Position numbers and translations under genes: made by a program. From Alphaproteobacteria bacterium (lineage in GTDB: Bacteria > Pseudomonadota > Alphaproteobacteria > Bin95), in NCBI GenBank assembly GCA_963665325.3, contig OZ224045.1, forward strand, positions 1,600,001-1,664,000: a stretch of DNA of 64,000 bases. Reading direction: 5' to 3'. The notes beneath the pieces are model-generated. The model was not told where the DNA came from and did no database searches. It saw only the letters and a list, made by a program, of their open reading frames with translations. Every line of letters starts with the position of its first letter. Position 1 is the first letter of the stretch. Of this stretch, positions 1 to 10,070 are shown in pieces.

Positions 1-1
1 C

Positions 2-658
2 GAGGTCCGCGACGAGGCGGAGGTGAAGGCAGCGGTCGATCTGGCGCTCGACAGCTGGGGGCGGCTCGACTGCATGTTCAACAATGCCGGCTTCGGCGGC
101 GCGCTCGGGCCGCTCGAAGCGATCCCGGCGGAGGAGTTCGACCTTTCCTTCGATGTGCTGGTGCGCGGCGTGTTCCTCGGCATGAAGCACGCCATCCCGG
201 CGATGAAGGCGCAGGGCTCGGGCAGCATCGTCAACACCGGCAGCATCGCCGGCCTCACCGCCGGGCGGGGGCCGCAGGTCTATTCGGCGGCCAAGGCGGC
301 CGTCGTGCACCTTTCCAAGGTCTCCGCGATGGAGCTCGGCGAATCCTCGATCCGGGTGAATTGCGTCTGCCCCGGCTATATCGCGACGCCGCTTTCGGCC
401 AACACCGTGGGCAAGCCGGACAGCCTGATCGAGGAACGGATCGACGACTACGCCCTCCAGCAGCCGATTCCCCGCGTCGGGCGGCCCCACGACATCGCCG
501 AGACCGTCCTGTTTCTGGCCAGCGACCGGTCGAGCTTCGTCACCGGCCAGGCGATCACCGTGGACGGCGGTGCGGCCACAGGCGTGCTCTGGCGCGACCA
601 GAAACCCTTCTACAGGCAATATCGCCCCATCCGCGTCTACCACCCCGACCGGCGCTAG
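2..658 (+). CDS. Short-chain dehydrogenase/reductase (5' part outside window)
   Basis: NNAG motif, catalytic YSAAK (YxxxK), C-terminal VTGQAITVDGG; frame is open to the window edge. Confidence 0.9.
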   Translation, partial: EVRDEAEVKAAVDLALDSWGRLDCMFNNAGFGGALGPLEAIPAEEFDLSFDVLVRGVFLGMKHAIPAMKAQGSGSIVNTGSIAGLTAGRGPQVYSAAKAAVVHLSKVSAMELGESSIRVNCVCPGYIATPLSANTVGKPDSLIEERIDDYALQQPIPRVGRPHDIAETVLFLASDRSSFVTGQAITVDGGAATGVLWRDQKPFYRQYRPIRVYHPDRR

Positions 659-663
659 CGCTG

Positions 664-1605
664 TTGGCGCTGTTCGACACTCACATCGTCGTGGACTGGT
701 CGGCGCGCTCGAAGCCGAGTCCCGTTCGGCCGAGCCGGGATTCGATCTGGTGGGCGGCGGTGCGAGCCGGGAGGGCGCTCGAACCCGAATATGCGCGTAC
801 GCGCCGCGATGCCGTCGAGCGCCTTACCGCCTTCATCGCCGGGGAACTGGATGCCGGGCGCTGCATTCTCGCGGGCTTCGACTTCCCGTTCGGCTATCCG
901 GCGGGGGTTGCAGAGCGCCTGACGGGCCGCACGTCAGCCTTTGCAGTCTGGGACTGGCTTGCGGCGCGGATCGAGGACGAGCCGGACAATGCCAACAACC
1001 GCTATGAAGTCGCCCAAACAATCAATGGCTTGTGGAAAGGTGTCGGCCCGTTCTGGGGGCGGCCCCGGCAGTGGTCGCAGTTCGCCGCCATACCGACGAC
1101 CGAAAAGGAACGCACCTGTCGGCCGCGAGAGCGCCGCATCGCCGACCTTCGCGCAATCGGCGCCAAGACCGTGTGGCAACTGGCCTATTCCGGCTCGGTC
1201 GGCTCGCAGGTGCTTGTGGGATTGCCGGCGCTGAAGCGGCTGCTGGGGGATCCGAGCATCGGCGGTCGCGGCGCGGTCTGGCCCTTCGATACCGGTTTGC
1301 GGGCGCCGGACACCCACAAGGCGCCGCTGGTCCTCGCGGAAATCTATCCGTCGCTTCTCAGGAAAGAAGTTGGCGCGAGACAATGGGACGGCGAGGTCCT
1401 CGACCGCGCCCAGGTCCGCGTCAACGCAGCGGCATTTGCGCGACTGGACAGACGTGGCGAGCTTGCCCCACTGTTCGATGGCGCACCCTGTCTTGGGCCG
1501 AATGAACGCCGCCTGATCGAAGAAGAAGAGGCTTGGATACTCGGCCTCGGCCACGAGGACGAAATTCGCGACGCTGCGAGAACGGATTGCCATGAAGACG
1601 CATAA
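664..1605 (+). CDS. Conserved hypothetical protein, RNase H-like/DUF429-like (often mis-annotated as molybdopterin/cobalamin-related)
   Basis: FDTHIVVDWSA N-terminus, GFDFPFGYP, EIYP motifs; probable TTG start just after the SDR stop. Confidence 0.55.
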   Translation: MALFDTHIVVDWSARSKPSPVRPSRDSIWWAAVRAGRALEPEYARTRRDAVERLTAFIAGELDAGRCILAGFDFPFGYPAGVAERLTGRTSAFAVWDWLAARIEDEPDNANNRYEVAQTINGLWKGVGPFWGRPRQWSQFAAIPTTEKERTCRPRERRIADLRAIGAKTVWQLAYSGSVGSQVLVGLPALKRLLGDPSIGGRGAVWPFDTGLRAPDTHKAPLVLAEIYPSLLRKEVGARQWDGEVLDRAQVRVNAAAFARLDRRGELAPLFDGAPCLGPNERRLIEEEEAWILGLGHEDEIRDAARTDCHEDA

Positions 1606-3670
1606 CCCCGCCTGCCGCATCGGCGTGGATGTCGGCGGAACCTTCACCGATGTCGTCATCGACCATGCCGGCGGGCGGACTTCGGCCAAGGTGCCGACGA
1701 CCTCCGACGCACCGGAGGCCGGCGTGATGGATGGCATTGCGGTGGCGCTCGACCGCGCCGGCGTTGCGCCGGAACGGGTCGATCTCGTCATCCACGGCAC
1801 GACGCTCGCCACCAATGCGCTGATCGAGCGCAAGGGAGCGAGGACGGCGCTGCTGACCACCGAGGGGTTCCGCGACTCCATCGAGATGGCCTATGAGCAC
1901 CGCTTCGAGCAATACGACCTGTATATGGAGCGCCCGGAACCGCTGGTGCCGCGCGAGCTCCGCCTGGGCGTGCCGGAGCGGCTGGCGGCCGACGGTTCCC
2001 TGCTCATGGCCCTCGACGAGGCGGCGGTCGCGGACCATGCCGCGTTCTTCCGCGAGGAGGGGGTCGAGGCGGTCGCGATCGGTTTCCTGCACTCCTACGT
2101 GGACGATGCCCATGAGCGCCGCGCGGCCGCGATCCTGAGGCGGGAACTGCCGGACGCCACAATCTGCCTCTCCTCGGAGGTCTCGCCCGAAATCCGCGAA
2201 TATGACCGTCTCTCCACCACGGTCGCCAACGCCTATGTGCGCCCACTGATCGCCGGCTATGTCGGCCGGCTGGAGGCCGCGCTCAGGGAACGCGGACTCG
2301 GCTGCCCGCTGCTTCTGACCATGTCGAGCGGAGCGGTGACGACGGTCGAAACGGCGCAGCGCTTTCCCATCCGGCTCGTAGAGTCGGGCCCCGCGGGCGG
2401 GGCCGTGCTCGCCCGCAATGTCGCGGCCGAGCACGGCCTCGACACGGCGCTCTCCTTCGACATGGGCGGCACCACAGCGAAGATCTGCCTGATCGACGAC
2501 TACCGCCCGCAATTGTCGCGCAATTTCGAGGTGGCGCGGCAATACCGGTTCCTCAAGGGCAGTGGCTTGCCCCTGCGTATTCCGGCCATCGAGATGGTCG
2601 AGATCGGTGCTGGCGGCGGCTCGATTGCGCGCGTCGATGCGTTGCGCCGGATTGTCGTCGGGCCGGACAGCGCGGGCGCCGACCCGGGCCCGGCCTGCTA
2701 CGGGTGGGGAGGCGATGCGCCGACCGTGACCGACGCCGACCTGATGCTCGGGCGCATCGACCCTGCCCGGTTCGCGGGCGGCACGATGGCGCTGGACGCC
2801 GGTGCTGCGCGCCAATCGGTCGAGCGCGATGTCGGAGGGCCGCTGGGCATGACGGGCGAGGTCGCGGCGGCCGGGGTCAGCGAAATCGTCGATGAGACCA
2901 TGGCCAATGCCGCGCGCGTCCATGCGATCGAAAGCGGCAAGCCGCTTGCCGGGCGCGCGCTCATCGCGTTCGGCGGCGCGGCTCCGCTCCATGCCGCGCG
3001 CCTGGCGACCAAGCTGGGGATCGACACGGTTGTCGTGCCGCCGGGAGCCGGGGTGGGTTCGGCTATCGGCTTCCTGTCGGCGCCCATCGCCTATGAAGTG
3101 GTGCGTTCGCGCTTCGTCGCCCTCGACAATTTCGCTTCGGTGGCGGTCGATGCGCTGTTCGACGACATGCGGGAGGAGGCGGAGGCCGTGGTGCGGCTGG
3201 GCGCGCCGGATGCGGTGCTGGAGGAAACCCGGACCGGATACATGCGCTACCGGGGGCAGGGACACGAGATAGCGGTGGAGCTGTCGGCGCGCGCCGATGC
3301 GGAAGAATACCGCGAGCGCTTCGATGAAGCCTATCGGCGCCTCTACGGCCGCACGATCCCGGCGCTGGAGGTGGAAGTAATGTCCTGGAGCCTGGCGCTC
3401 GGCGCCGCCGACCGGCTGCCGCCGCGCCTGTCGCTGGCGCCGCCGAGGGCGGCCGGCACGCCTGCCGGCAGGCGGACGCTCTACGACACGGAGTCGGGCG
3501 GGCCGATGGAGGCGGCGGTGCATACCCGCGCGGACCTCGCGCCCGGCGTCCGGCTTGCCGGCCCGGCGGTCGTGGTAGAGGATGAGACCGCTACGGTTGC
3601 GCCCGAGGGCTTCGACCTCACCGTCGCAGCCTCCGGCGCGCTGGTGCTGACGCGGAGGACGGCTGCGTGA
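1592..3670 (+). CDS. Hydantoinase/5-oxoprolinase subunit A (ATP-dependent cyclic amide hydrolase)
   Basis: GVDVGGTFTD, HGTTLATNALIERKG, ESGPAGG, FDMGGTT, GPDSAGADPGP, MRYRGQG. Confidence 0.93.
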   Translation: MKTHNPACRIGVDVGGTFTDVVIDHAGGRTSAKVPTTSDAPEAGVMDGIAVALDRAGVAPERVDLVIHGTTLATNALIERKGARTALLTTEGFRDSIEMAYEHRFEQYDLYMERPEPLVPRELRLGVPERLAADGSLLMALDEAAVADHAAFFREEGVEAVAIGFLHSYVDDAHERRAAAILRRELPDATICLSSEVSPEIREYDRLSTTVANAYVRPLIAGYVGRLEAALRERGLGCPLLLTMSSGAVTTVETAQRFPIRLVESGPAGGAVLARNVAAEHGLDTALSFDMGGTTAKICLIDDYRPQLSRNFEVARQYRFLKGSGLPLRIPAIEMVEIGAGGGSIARVDALRRIVVGPDSAGADPGPACYGWGGDAPTVTDADLMLGRIDPARFAGGTMALDAGAARQSVERDVGGPLGMTGEVAAAGVSEIVDETMANAARVHAIESGKPLAGRALIAFGGAAPLHAARLATKLGIDTVVVPPGAGVGSAIGFLSAPIAYEVVRSRFVALDNFASVAVDALFDDMREEAEAVVRLGAPDAVLEETRTGYMRYRGQGHEIAVELSARADAEEYRERFDEAYRRLYGRTIPALEVEVMSWSLALGAADRLPPRLSLAPPRAAGTPAGRRTLYDTESGGPMEAAVHTRADLAPGVRLAGPAVVVEDETATVAPEGFDLTVAASGALVLTRRTAA

Positions 3671-3738
3671 ACCCCGATGGAGAGCGCGGCCGGAAACCGA
3701 AAGGCGTTGAAGACACGAACGGGAAGAGGGGAGCCGGC

Positions 3739-5427
3739 ATGACCGAAGCCTTCGATGCGGTGCGCCATCAGGTGATGTGGAACCGGCTGCTCTCCGTGGT
3801 CGAGGAGCAGGCGCAGACGCTTGTGCGCACGGCGTTCTCGACCTCGGCGCGCGAGGCCGGAGACATTTCGGCGGGCGTCTTCGACCTCACCGGGCGGATG
3901 CTCGCCCAGGCGGTCACCGGCACGCCCGGCCATGTCAACTCGATGGCGCTCTCGGTCGGCCATTTCGTCGAGAAATTCCCGCCCGAGACCATGCGCGAGG
4001 GGGACGTCTTCATCACCAACGATCCCTGGAAGGGCACCGGCCACCTGAACGACTTCACCGTCGTCTCGCCGACCTTCCGCGACGGGCGCATCGTGGCGCT
4101 GTTCGCGTCCACCAGCCATGTCGTCGATGTCGGCGGCCTCGGCCAGGGACCGGACGCCCGGCAGGTCTATCAGGAAGGCCTGTTCGTGCCGCTCATGCCG
4201 TTCGCCGAAGAGGGGCGGGTAAACGAGTGGTTCCTGGAGATGGTGCGGGCCAATGTGCGCGAGCCGCGCATGGTGATCGGCGACCTTTACGCGCTCGCGG
4301 CCTGCAACGACACCGGCAGCGAGCGGCTGCTCGCGATGATGGACGAATACGGCCTGGAGGACCTCGCGACGCTTGCCGGTTTCATCATCGGCAGCAGCCG
4401 CAGGGCCATGGCCGATGCGATAGGCGCCCTGCCGCAGGGAAGCTGGAGCCACGCCATGACCATCGACGGCTTCGACCGGGAGGTCGAGCTGGTGGCGCGG
4501 CTGACCGTCGCCGACGGGGCGATCGACGTCGATTTCGACGGAACCTCCGGGCTTTCCGACTTCGGCATCAACTGCCCGCTCTGCTACACCATCGCCTATA
4601 CGAGCTTCGGCGTGAAATGCATCGTTGCGCCGGAAATCCCGAACAATGCAGGCGCTCTCGACGCCATCCGCGTGACAGCGCCCGAGGGCAGCATCCTCAA
4701 TCCGCCGCATCCCTGCGCCGTCTATGCGCGTTCCAATATCGGCCACATGCTGCCGGATGTGGCGTTCGGCTGCTTGTACCAGGCGATCCCGGACCAGGTG
4801 CCGGCGGAAGGCTGCTCGGCGCTATGGACGCTGCGGCTGGGCGCCGGCCAGGGGATCACGGCCCGCGCCGGCTCGCAGTCCACCCCGTTCCAGATCATGA
4901 GTTTCCATTCCGGCGGCGCCGGCGCCCGGCCCGGCCTAGACGGGCTCTCGGCGACGCCCTTCCCCTCCGGCGTGCGCAATGTACCCGTCGAGGCGACCGA
5001 GGCGATCACGCCGCTCGTCTTCTGGAAGAAGGAACTGCGCCCCGACAGCGGCGGCGCGGGGCGGACGCGCGGCGGCCTCGGTCAGACCATCGAGGTCGAG
5101 AACCGCGAAGGCGCGCCGTTCGGCATCTACGCCACGTTCGAGCGCACCGTGCATGCGGCGCGCGGGCGGGGCGGCGGCGGTCCGGGCGCGCTCGGACGGC
5201 TCAGCCTGGGTTCCGGAAAGAAGCTGCGCAACAAGGGCTTCCAGGTCGTGCCAGAGGGCGAGAGGCTGGTGGTGGAGATGCCGGGCGGCGGCGGGCTCGG
5301 AGACCCGGCGGCGCGGGACCCGGCGGCTGTCGAGAAGGACGTGCGGCGGGGGCTGGTCAGCCCGGAAGCGGCCGGGCGCGACTACGGCTTCGATCCGGAT
5401 TCCAGCCGCACCTCACCCAGCCGCTGA
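3739..5427 (+). CDS. Hydantoinase B/oxoprolinase subunit
   Basis: RTAFS, TNDPWKGTGHLND, HVVDVGG, DSGGAGRTRGGLG, PGGGGLG; RBS GGAG before ATG 3739. Confidence 0.92.
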   Translation: MTEAFDAVRHQVMWNRLLSVVEEQAQTLVRTAFSTSAREAGDISAGVFDLTGRMLAQAVTGTPGHVNSMALSVGHFVEKFPPETMREGDVFITNDPWKGTGHLNDFTVVSPTFRDGRIVALFASTSHVVDVGGLGQGPDARQVYQEGLFVPLMPFAEEGRVNEWFLEMVRANVREPRMVIGDLYALAACNDTGSERLLAMMDEYGLEDLATLAGFIIGSSRRAMADAIGALPQGSWSHAMTIDGFDREVELVARLTVADGAIDVDFDGTSGLSDFGINCPLCYTIAYTSFGVKCIVAPEIPNNAGALDAIRVTAPEGSILNPPHPCAVYARSNIGHMLPDVAFGCLYQAIPDQVPAEGCSALWTLRLGAGQGITARAGSQSTPFQIMSFHSGGAGARPGLDGLSATPFPSGVRNVPVEATEAITPLVFWKKELRPDSGGAGRTRGGLGQTIEVENREGAPFGIYATFERTVHAARGRGGGGPGALGRLSLGSGKKLRNKGFQVVPEGERLVVEMPGGGGLGDPAARDPAAVEKDVRRGLVSPEAAGRDYGFDPDSSRTSPSR

Positions 5428-5663
5428 CCGGAGCGCCGGTCGAAGGTCCAGAACAGCACGGCCCCGTCCTGCTCCAGCCGGATGATGAGGTCGTCGCCGG
5501 CCACTCGCCAGTCCTTGAGCACGGCTCCCTCGGGCAACTGCCAACGCACCTCGCCGACGCCGGCAGGGGGCGCCAGCGACCGGTTGACGACGGTGACCAG
5601 CACCACCGCGACCCCGATGACGATCGCCACGCCCATGCCGATGACCAGGGCTTTCAGACCCAT
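5382..5663 (-). CDS. Small membrane-anchored protein divergent from rluD (DUF6476-like)
   Basis: MGLKALVIGMGVAIVIGVAVVLVTVVNR TM segment, then LPEGA...LIIRL...GQRLG; typical alphaproteobacterial neighbour of rluD. Confidence 0.65.
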   Translation of the reverse strand: MGLKALVIGMGVAIVIGVAVVLVTVVNRSLAPPAGVGEVRWQLPEGAVLKDWRVAGDDLIIRLEQDGAVLFWTFDRRSGQRLGEVRLESGSKP

Positions 5664-5741
5664 TCGCTGCTTCCCGCCGCTCGCCCGCGCCGCGGATTTG
5701 CCATAGTTGTGCGTGAGAGTCATCGGTATGGAGACGGTTTC

Positions 5742-6668
5742 GTGACAGTGGGCGAGGAAAACACGGTCTTCGAAGCCGTCGCGCCGTCCGAAGCCGACGG
5801 CGAGCGGCTCGACCGCGTTCTGGCGCAGGCCATCCCGGCACTCTCGCGCTCCCGCATCCAGGCATTGATCGCCGAGGGGTGCGTGACGCCCGCGGCACGC
5901 AAGGCGGTCGGCGGCCAGCTTTACCGGGTGAGAGTGCCGCCCGCGCGCCCGGCGAAACCCGAGCCTGAAGCGATCCCGCTGGCGGTGGCGCATGAGGACG
6001 CGCATCTGATCGTCGTGGACAAGCCGGCGGGCATGGTGGTGCATCCCGCCCCCGGCCATGCCGGCGGCACGCTGGTGAATGCGCTGCTCGCCCGTTGCGG
6101 TCCAAGTTTGACGGGGGTCGGCGGCGTCGCCCGGCCGGGCATCGTCCACCGGCTCGACAAGGACACCTCCGGCCTGATCGTGGCCGCAAAGACGGAAGCG
6201 GCCCATGCAGGGCTCCGCGCCCTGTTCGAGACGCATGACATCGACCGCGGCTACCTGGCGCTGGTGCAGGGCCTGCCGTCGCCGGTGACAGGGCGGATCG
6301 AGGCGCCCATCGGCCGCGACCCGCGTCACCGCAAGCGCATGGCGGTCGTCGAGCGCGGGCGCGCGGCGGTCACGCATTACCGGGTGGAGGCCGCTTTCGG
6401 CACGTGCGCGTCCAGCGTCGCCTGTCGGCTGGAGACCGGGCGGACGCATCAGGTCCGGGTCCATCTGGCCCATATCGGCCACGGCGTGATCGGGGACCCG
6501 CTCTATGGCGGGCGGCGGCGCGGCATGCCGGCCTTTCCGCGCCAGGCGCTCCACGCGGCGCGGCTCGGTTTCCGCCACCCCGCAACCGGCGACAACATGC
6601 AGTTCGAGAGCCCCCCTCCGGCAGACTTCCATGAACTCGCGGTAATGTTGGAAGGCTTGAATTTCTAG
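5742..6668 (+). CDS. rluD: 23S rRNA pseudouridine synthase RluD
   Basis: S4-like RLDRVL...SRSRIQ, VDKPAGMVVHP, catalytic HRLDKDTSG, ETGRTHQVRVH, RQALHA; directly upstream of rpoH. Confidence 0.92.
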   Translation: MTVGEENTVFEAVAPSEADGERLDRVLAQAIPALSRSRIQALIAEGCVTPAARKAVGGQLYRVRVPPARPAKPEPEAIPLAVAHEDAHLIVVDKPAGMVVHPAPGHAGGTLVNALLARCGPSLTGVGGVARPGIVHRLDKDTSGLIVAAKTEAAHAGLRALFETHDIDRGYLALVQGLPSPVTGRIEAPIGRDPRHRKRMAVVERGRAAVTHYRVEAAFGTCASSVACRLETGRTHQVRVHLAHIGHGVIGDPLYGGRRRGMPAFPRQALHAARLGFRHPATGDNMQFESPPPADFHELAVMLEGLNF

Positions 6669-6683
6669 CCGTTATCTCTATGT
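6656..6683 (+). promoter_or_regulatory. Putative sigma-32-type promoter upstream of rpoH
   Basis: CTTGAA (6656-6661), N15, TCTATGT; resembles the alphaproteobacterial RpoH consensus CTTGAA-N15/16-CCTATAT. Confidence 0.4.
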
Positions 6684-6710
6684 TTTAAGGGAGAAGAGAG
6701 GGACTGAATC

Positions 6711-7649
6711 ATGGCCGAAAATATCGTTGCCGGCCGCAATATCCCGGCGCTTGGCGGGGAGAGCAACCTTTCCCGCTACCTGCATGAAATCCGCCAGTTC
6801 CCGATGCTGGAGCAGCAAGAGGAATACATGCTGGCGAAGCGCTGGGTCGAGCACCAGGATGTGGACGCGGCGCACCGGCTGGTGACCAGCCATCTGCGCC
6901 TGGTCGCCCGCATCGCCATGGGCTATCGCGGCTACGGGCTGCCGGTGAACGAGCTGATCTCCGAAGGCAATGTCGGCATGATGCAGGCGGTCAAGCGCTT
7001 CGATCCCGAAAAGGGCTTCCGTCTCGCGACCTACGCGATGTGGTGGATCCGGGCCTCAATCCAGGAATACATCCTGCATTCCTGGTCGCTGGTGAAGATC
7101 GGCACCACGGCGGCGCAGAAGAAGCTGTTCTTCAATCTCCGCCGCCTGAAGCATCGCCTGCAGGCCATCGACGACGGCGACCTGTCGCCTGAGCATGTCA
7201 CGAAGATCGCCGACGAGCTCAGGGTTTCCGAGGACGAGGTCGTGCAGATGAACCGCCGCCTCGCCGCGCCGGACCGCTCCCTGAACGCACCGATGCGCGT
7301 CGAGGGCGAAGGCGAATGGCAGGACTGGCTGGCCGACGAAGGCGAGAGCCAGGAGACACTCTACGGCGAACGCGAGGAGCTGGAGCGCCGCCGCCGGATG
7401 CTCACCGGCGCAATGGATGTGCTCAACGAGCGCGAGCGGCGCATCTTGCAAGAACGCCGCCTGCGTGAGGACCCGGCGACGCTCGAGGAGCTCAGTCAGG
7501 AGTTCGGCGTGAGCCGCGAGCGCATCCGACAGATCGAGGTGCGCGCCTTCGAGAAATTGCAGCGCGCCGTCCGCGATGCGGTCGTTCAGGACCGGCTGCA
7601 CGCCGACCGGGCGATAGACGCAGGTGTGGACGACGCCGCAAGGGTGTAG
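6711..7649 (+). CDS. rpoH: RNA polymerase sigma factor RpoH (sigma-32)
   Basis: RLATYAMWWIRA, RpoH box QKKLFFNLR, region 4 GVSRERIRQIE. Confidence 0.97.
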   Translation: MAENIVAGRNIPALGGESNLSRYLHEIRQFPMLEQQEEYMLAKRWVEHQDVDAAHRLVTSHLRLVARIAMGYRGYGLPVNELISEGNVGMMQAVKRFDPEKGFRLATYAMWWIRASIQEYILHSWSLVKIGTTAAQKKLFFNLRRLKHRLQAIDDGDLSPEHVTKIADELRVSEDEVVQMNRRLAAPDRSLNAPMRVEGEGEWQDWLADEGESQETLYGEREELERRRRMLTGAMDVLNERERRILQERRLREDPATLEELSQEFGVSRERIRQIEVRAFEKLQRAVRDAVVQDRLHADRAIDAGVDDAARV

Positions 7650-7664
7650 GCACCGTCGTCCGCG

Positions 7665-8303
7665 TTACTCCGCTCTCGAGAAGTCTCCGGTTTCCGGGTC
7701 CATCGTCCAGAGTTCCCCTTCGGCAATGTCGAACCAGGCGCCGTGAAGGCTGAGGCGCTTGCGGTCCTCCAGGATCGACACACAGGGGAAGGTCCGCAGA
7801 TTCGCTATCGACTGGCGGATCGACGCCCGTTCCAGCGCGGTCTGCCGCTCCGCTTCGGTCAGCCACCGGCTGCCCGCTATCGCTTCTGCGGCAGGCCTGA
7901 GCAGGTTCATCCACCTGCCGATGAAATCGCCCGGCGAGAGCGGTTCCGCCGCCGGGTGAAGCGCCGCCCGGATGCCGCCGCAGCGCCCGTGCCCGAGCAC
8001 GACGATATGCCGGACCTTCAGGCTCTGCACGGCGAACTCGAGCGCGGCCGACGTCGAGTGGTAGCTGTCGTCCGGCTCGTAGGGCGGCATCAGGTTGGCG
8101 ACATTGCGGACGACGAAAATCTCGCCCGGCGCGGAATTGAAGATCGTCTCCGGCGCCGCCCTCGAATCGCAGCAGGCAATGACCATGATGTCAGGCGCCT
8201 GCCCTTGCTCGGCGAGCATGTGGTAGCGGTCATGCTCCCGTGCATACCGGTCGTTCTTGAAACAGCGGTAGCCCGTGAGAAGCGGTTCGGGAAAACCTTT
8301 CAT
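7665..8303 (-). CDS. Beta-class carbonic anhydrase
   Basis: CCDSR, RNVAN, GHGRCGG zinc ligands. Confidence 0.95.
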   Translation of the reverse strand: MKGFPEPLLTGYRCFKNDRYAREHDRYHMLAEQGQAPDIMVIACCDSRAAPETIFNSAPGEIFVVRNVANLMPPYEPDDSYHSTSAALEFAVQSLKVRHIVVLGHGRCGGIRAALHPAAEPLSPGDFIGRWMNLLRPAAEAIAGSRWLTEAERQTALERASIRQSIANLRTFPCVSILEDRKRLSLHGAWFDIAEGELWTMDPETGDFSRAE

Positions 8304-8426
8304 GGGGGATAACCTCCCTCGGCGCTGTTTCGTTCGCCGGGCTTCGCCTACGCTGGCTTGAAGCGGCTACAGGGCGCTCCATATCGCCTGCGACCGGTAA
8401 CGACAACCGATGGACCCGAAATCGCC

Positions 8427-9113
8427 ATGCCATTCCAGACCGGCCTTCTCCTCTTCCCCAACCTCACCCAGCTCGACATGACAGGCCCCTATGAGGTCTT
8501 CACCAAGTTTCCGGACTCCGAGGTCCATCTCCTCTGGAAGACCCTCGATCCGGTGACGGCCGCCGGCGGCATGCAGCTCTTGCCGAGCATGACCTTCGCC
8601 GACTGCCCGCAGCTCGACCTCGTCTGCGTGCCGGGCGGCGCGGGCATGAACCCGCTGCTGAACGACGAGGAGGTGCTGGACTTCCTGCGCCGCCAGGCCC
8701 CGGGTGCGCGCTACGTCACCTCCGTCTGCACGGGCTCGCTGGTGCTCGGCGCGGCGGGGCTGCTGCAGGGGAGGCGCGCCACGACTCACTGGATGTCGCT
8801 GCCGATGCTGGCCGCCTTCGGTTGCGAGCCGGTGGCCGAGCGCGTGGTCGTGGACGGCAATGTGATCACCGGCGGCGGCGTCACCGCCGGCATCGATTTC
8901 GCGCTTACGGTGGCGGGGGAACTGCTGGGCGCCGAGGCCGCTGAGAGGATCCAGCTCGGCATGGAATACGACCCGCACCCGCCCTTCGACGCCGGCAGTC
9001 CGGAACGGGCCGGAGCGTCCGTCGTCGATGCCGTGTGCAAAGCGGCGGCGGCGCGGCAGACCGAGCGCGAAGTCGAGATCGAACGCGCGACGGCCCGGTT
9101 CGCTTCGCGCTAG
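8427..9113 (+). CDS. DJ-1/PfpI family protein (isonitrile hydratase-like)
   Basis: LTQLDMTGP, SVCTGS, ATTHW, GGVTAGIDF, EYDPHPPF. Confidence 0.9.
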   Translation: MPFQTGLLLFPNLTQLDMTGPYEVFTKFPDSEVHLLWKTLDPVTAAGGMQLLPSMTFADCPQLDLVCVPGGAGMNPLLNDEEVLDFLRRQAPGARYVTSVCTGSLVLGAAGLLQGRRATTHWMSLPMLAAFGCEPVAERVVVDGNVITGGGVTAGIDFALTVAGELLGAEAAERIQLGMEYDPHPPFDAGSPERAGASVVDAVCKAAAARQTEREVEIERATARFASR

Positions 9114-9985
9114 TCGCGGATCCAGCCGGGACCCCAGAGATTGAGCGTGCGCTCCTCGGCAGGCCAGAGCCGGGGCGCCATTTCGCGCGGCATGTGCTCA
9201 ATCTCCGCCGAGAGTTCCACCGGGTCGCCGTGTGGGTCCTGGATCATGAAGAACAGGTTGTTGCCGGGGCCGTGGCGGCCGGGGCCCCACCAGATCTTCT
9301 CGCCCCTGTTGGCGAAATGGTCGGCCCAGTCGCGAATGTCGGTCCAGCCGCCGGTTTCATAGGCGTGGTGGTCCGCCTTGGTCTCCGAGGCGGCGAACAC
9401 GGCGAAGCTGTGGTGCTCCTCGTCGGAGCGGTAGAAGGCGACGCGGCGCGAGCCGGGGTCGTCCATGTCCGCCAGCACATAGTCCGAGGGCGCGAAACCC
9501 AGCACTTCCTCGTACCAGCGCATCATGCGGTCCAGGTTGTCGCTCGCGACCACGACATGCTGCAGGCGGGCGGTGAAGCTGCGGCCCGGCACGCCGTTGA
9601 CCGTGCGGATCGCCGGAAGGTCGGCGCGCGGCAGACCGAACACCGAGAGCCAGCCGTCGGGGTCGCGCACCGCGACGGCGTCGGGGTCGAACACGGCCGA
9701 CGGCGAGGGCTCCATATTGATTCCCTGTCCTGCGATGAAGGCGCGGACAGCATCGAGCTGCGCGCGGTCCCTGAGCCTGAAGCCGTGATAGGGGCGGGCG
9801 CCGGGCTCGCCCCGCCCGATCACCAGGCGCCGGCCGGGCCCCTGAAGCAGCCGGGTGCCGTCCGCCAGTTCGAAACGGTCGAAGCCGAGAAGCTCCGCGT
9901 AAAAATTCGCAAGCCGGTCCGGCGCATCGCTGTCCAGACGCAGGTGATCCAGCGGAGCGGGCCAGATCGGCGAGTCTGTCGTCAT
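9110..9985 (-). CDS. VOC/glyoxalase family protein, extradiol dioxygenase-like
   Basis: Two VOC modules; RLQHVV, EHHS, WGPGRHGPGNN, DPHG..VE. Confidence 0.85.
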   Translation of the reverse strand: MTTDSPIWPAPLDHLRLDSDAPDRLANFYAELLGFDRFELADGTRLLQGPGRRLVIGRGEPGARPYHGFRLRDRAQLDAVRAFIAGQGINMEPSPSAVFDPDAVAVRDPDGWLSVFGLPRADLPAIRTVNGVPGRSFTARLQHVVVASDNLDRMMRWYEEVLGFAPSDYVLADMDDPGSRRVAFYRSDEEHHSFAVFAASETKADHHAYETGGWTDIRDWADHFANRGEKIWWGPGRHGPGNNLFFMIQDPHGDPVELSAEIEHMPREMAPRLWPAEERTLNLWGPGWIRD

Positions 9986-10070
9986 CGGGTTGCCTCGCTT
10001 TCTTGCCTTTGGGCGCCGGGGGGAGGAAGATGGCGCCGGATTCGCTGACAGGCTGGGAGAATAGGCGAAG

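Noticed and set aside
3777-6668. 963-aa ORF suggesting a long RluD fusion
   Set aside because: The N-terminal about 650 codons are an Arg/Pro-rich alternate frame of the hydantoinase B gene; only 5742-6668 is RluD.
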